This document shows, one piece after another, positions 60,301 through 64,000 of a stretch of DNA of 64,000 bases (positions are counted from its first letter, which is position 1; each line of letters begins with the position of its first letter). Source of the DNA: Eledone cirrhosa (taxonomy: Eukaryota). The stretch lies in assembly GCA_964016885.1 (NCBI GenBank), contig OZ024743.1, forward strand, positions 186,682,001-186,746,000. Direction: 5' to 3'. Made by a program: the position numbers and the translations under genes. Below the pieces are notes generated by a model. It was not told the origin of the DNA. It made no database searches and worked only from the letters and a program-made list of their open reading frames with translations.

Positions 60301-61629
60301 TGTTTATGCAGTGCCCCAACAATTCTCTCAGGAGTTACATGACCATGCATGTTAGTAAAAATAATAAAGAGATGACATCATATTTTACCTTATTTCTTTG
60401 CTAATTATGAAACTAATATAATTATTTTACTCATTGTAAAATTTTATTGTACAAAACTATAAAACATTATGTTAGGATGCCTATTATTTATGTCTACCTG
60501 AGTAGAATGATGGTCATTTGACACATGATTATTTATAGAAGAATTAGAAGGAAAATAGAAGAGTAGTATTTTTTATGCAACAAATTAGCATAATGTAGCT
60601 ATAATTTGAAGTTTATAAGCTGAAAATGGCTTAGTTGCTGGTTTGATACTGCAACCTTAGTATTCCCCTCCTCATTGATCTTTGATTCCTTGTCAAACGA
60701 TGCTAGCATGGAAAGATCGGTTCACCCAACAATGCACTGACAGATGTTACAGTTAAGGCTACCTTTCCCTTTGTAAGGAACATGTATATCAGGCTTTTGA
60801 CTCTGCCCCTAACTTTACCTCTCTAACCTGACCAGGGATTTAACAAAAACCTAATGTCAAAAATGGCAGTGCTGGTACTACAATAAAATGCACATAGGCC
60901 ACACTGTAAAGTGGTAGTTTGCTTCCATGATAAATGGCCTGTCTAACCTATGCAAGTATGGGAAATAGATGTAAAATTATGATATAGTAAGTTAATAATG
61001 AGAAGAGACAATCAAGAAATTGAACATAAGTTACTGAAAAAAGATTATGAATGTGTATAACAACAGCTGAATTATAATCTGGAAAGCAAACTAGTTCCTT
61101 GAAACAAAGCCACAAAGAAATGAAGAAATCATAGAGAACAGGGCTATGAAAGAGAGTGTAAAATAGTAAGTAAAAAGAATAAATGAATAGGTGTTATAAA
61201 GATTATTGAATGTATTTCGCAAAGTCCTAAATTTTAAATAATCATTGTGGATATGATTAAGCTATATCAATATAAATTTGGATATGATGCCAGAGATAGC
61301 GGTACGAAGTAGAATCATGATAGTAACATGAAATAAAAATTGTATTCTCACAATCAGTCTTTTGAAGAATTATTTTATAAACAATAATTATGTTAGTTTC
61401 TTTGTAACAAGTAATAATTCTAAAGATTTATTGTTGAAGTAAATACATAAAAATTGACACAAAATATTTGACACAACAGCATAGTTAAATACACTGATCC
61501 AAATCCAAATATGATATAAGTAAAGTTTTCAAATACTGGAAATTGTAAAGCTAATCATTGAGAAATCATTCAAGATATCAAAATTAATTTGTAGACAAAG
61601 GATATACATGGGGTGCATTTGGGAGCGAT

Positions 61630-62506
61630 GACTAATCTCGTTGAGGCTGTGGTCACAAGAGCAACTAAATGGCTCAAATGGGAAAGATGAAATTTGGGCT
61701 GAGATGTTAAAAGCCTTAACTAGAGAAAGTATACTCTGGCTGACTCATGTGTGCCGAGTGGCCTGGATCTCTGGAAAAGTATCTAAGCAATGGCAATTGG
61801 GAATGATAATACAAATTTTCAAAAAGGAGATTGTTCCAACTACAGAAGGATCTCCTTGTTAAGCCACCCCAGTCAAGTCTATGCTAAGTGTCTGTCAAAG
61901 AGATGCAGGGATATTATTGAGTCCAAGCTAGTTGATAAACAGTGTGACTTTCACCCTGGAAACAGCAAAGCCATCAAATATTCACACTGTGGCAGGTCTG
62001 TGAGAAATTGTGGGAGAATTTCCAAGAGTTCTTTCTTCTTATTTTTTTCCTATGAGACAGCAATCACATGACATCCCCCAGGCTTGCAATCAGCTCATGA
62101 TAGTGAGATTAGGGGGTGTGAGGTCCACACTCTCAGATGAGAGTAGATCTGGGCACTCACTCAGTAGCGTTAATCGAGAGAATGTGCAGATCAGAGATCA
62201 GAGAGTTGGGCCAGATAGAGCCACTACTTCTCTGAATTGAGAGATCACAGTAGAATGTCTCAGGAAAGAATTCGTGGACAGAATTTACAGGCAAATCTAA
62301 CCGACAGGAGACCCAAGGGTAAACTCCAAGCAAGATGGCTGGATAATATCAATGAGATCGGTTGGTCTTGCTTGGGGATCCAGTTGGATCATTTAGAGAT
62401 GGTTGCTTCTGACAGGAACTGCTGGAAGGAGTTTTGATGACTCTACCCCTACGACCCTCTCAAGAAGAAGAAGAAGAAGAAGAAGAAGAAGAAGAAGAAG
62501 AAGAAA
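61630..62506 (+). mobile_element. Degenerate RTE LINE of a second family (Expander/Rex3-like), internally deleted, (GAA)n tail
   Basis: GKDEIWAEMLKAL...WLTHVCRVAW...IFKK-GDCSNYRRISLLS; RRPKGK..ARWLDNI; (GAA)n at 62462-62506. Confidence 0.85.
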
Positions 62507-63860
62507 GTTTGGATAAAATTAAATATGGGAAAAGGAAGGCTAGTAAGATATTACCAAAGCAAAGGATTATGCTATTTAGCTCAATGTAAACAAGCTACCT
62601 AAAATTACACACTGGGATACAAGATAAATGAATATGAAGTTTCTTAGAAATATGTTGAGCAATTCTATACTACACTTTTGGTGACATCATTCTAAACCCC
62701 TTTCAATTAATTCAATCAACAAAATACTTTCTGCGTGCAATTATTTTTAATTCTGATTTACTGTGAGCCCTATTCATGGCTTCATAAAAAAAAACAACAA
62801 AGAAACAAAAACAAAAAGCAAAAAAAAAAACCAACAACAAAATTGATAGCATTTCCTTCATAATGAATGAATTTCTTTCACCAAAGCTACAATTTAGTTT
62901 GTTCATTTTAATCGAATTCCTGAAATTTTCACAATCACCCTTCAATGAAAAAGAGAGAAAAAAGATCAAGAAATTCTTGGAATGTTCTATTCCAAAATCA
63001 AATTTATTGCAAAAGAAATATTCATGTTTTCCCCTTGGCTGTTATTCCAAGACAAATGAGAGTAGTATGACAATTTTAATGATGATAACACTGTTTTTCA
63101 TCAGAATAATGATCATCAATCACCATTATATCATCAATACTTAAAATGTTGATTATTTCCATGAAGGAATAGATTAGAGTTAACTAAATGTCAATACTGA
63201 CAGAGATCTAATACATTATTTAATTTCTAATTGTTCATGGAATTCCAAGATGGCTTGGTTAACATGGAGAAGAAGGAGAAAGAGAAGGAGAAACAGAATT
63301 TATTGATAGATTTTATGCAGACACACACTGATTAAAAACATAAACTTACAGTCTCACTGACATACAGAGGTACAGATGTATAACACATGCAAGCATGGAA
63401 CACACACATATATATACACACCTATATAATATATATATTTACATGTATATATACATGTATATATATATGTGTGTGTGTGTATGCATGTGTGTATGTACGC
63501 AATAAGCACTAAGACAAATTTATTGGATTATACATATTTCAATGTCATGAGTGTTGACATTTTATGCAATTATTACAACAGCAACTGGCACTGTTGTGAC
63601 ATCATCAGATGTTAACACAATTATGTGAGTTAATATATATATATATTTATATATATACACACACACACACATATATGAATAGGTTGTCTTATATCTGATT
63701 GTTCTTGTGAATGTGAGATTGACAGTGACTTTTGAAGCCAGGAAGAAACTTATAGAGTTTTCTGCAGAGAATGCAAACCAAATCCATATTTTTGGTCTGA
63801 TCATAAAAATAAGCATAATCTGTGGGTGTGTTGTCTATGTGACACTTGAAGTGGCTTTAA

Positions 63861-64000
63861 CCCTGTAGCATTTAAACTCGCCATATTTGGCCAGAATTCT
63901 CCCACCCCTTTCCATTCAAATCAGCCATAACCGGCTGCTCACACTGATGTTAAGGTATTGTTCCCAAAATAAATAATATCAAAATCTCATAGATTCGATA
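63861..64000 (+). mobile_element. piggyBac-like MITE (family B), runs off the window end
   Basis: TTAA|CCCTGTAGCATTTAAAC; interior matches 1390-1465. Confidence 0.75.

Overview
AT-rich eukaryotic, repeat-dominated window (intronic/intergenic); no prokaryotic genes, rRNA, true tRNA or CRISPR array. The repeat complement (RTE LINEs with (GAT)n tails, tRNA-headed CORE-like and Nin/Deu-domain SINEs, dense (TA)n/(CA)n tracts) suggests a coleoid cephalopod such as octopus (inference). The only long ORFs are 5'-truncated RTE-clade LINE reverse transcriptases (9039-10319, ~21973-23956). Both carry a C4HC3 PHD-like zinc finger inside the RT region, and all three young copies sit in (TA)n tracts. Decayed relics of Helitron, CRE-like, Penelope-like (PLE), Tc1/mariner, CR1/Jockey-like and piggyBac-like elements are also present. 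The most notable signal is a set of small non-coding inserts in (TA)n tracts that combine fold-back palindromes with type I hammerhead ribozyme motifs: a near-canonical one at 12041-12141, a both-strand pair at 8573-8719, and variant cores near 19.96 and 21.81 kb. A few possible host exons (minus strand 4.9-5.5 kb) are tentative. Boundaries of old repeats are approximate, and all structures and alignments were worked out by eye.
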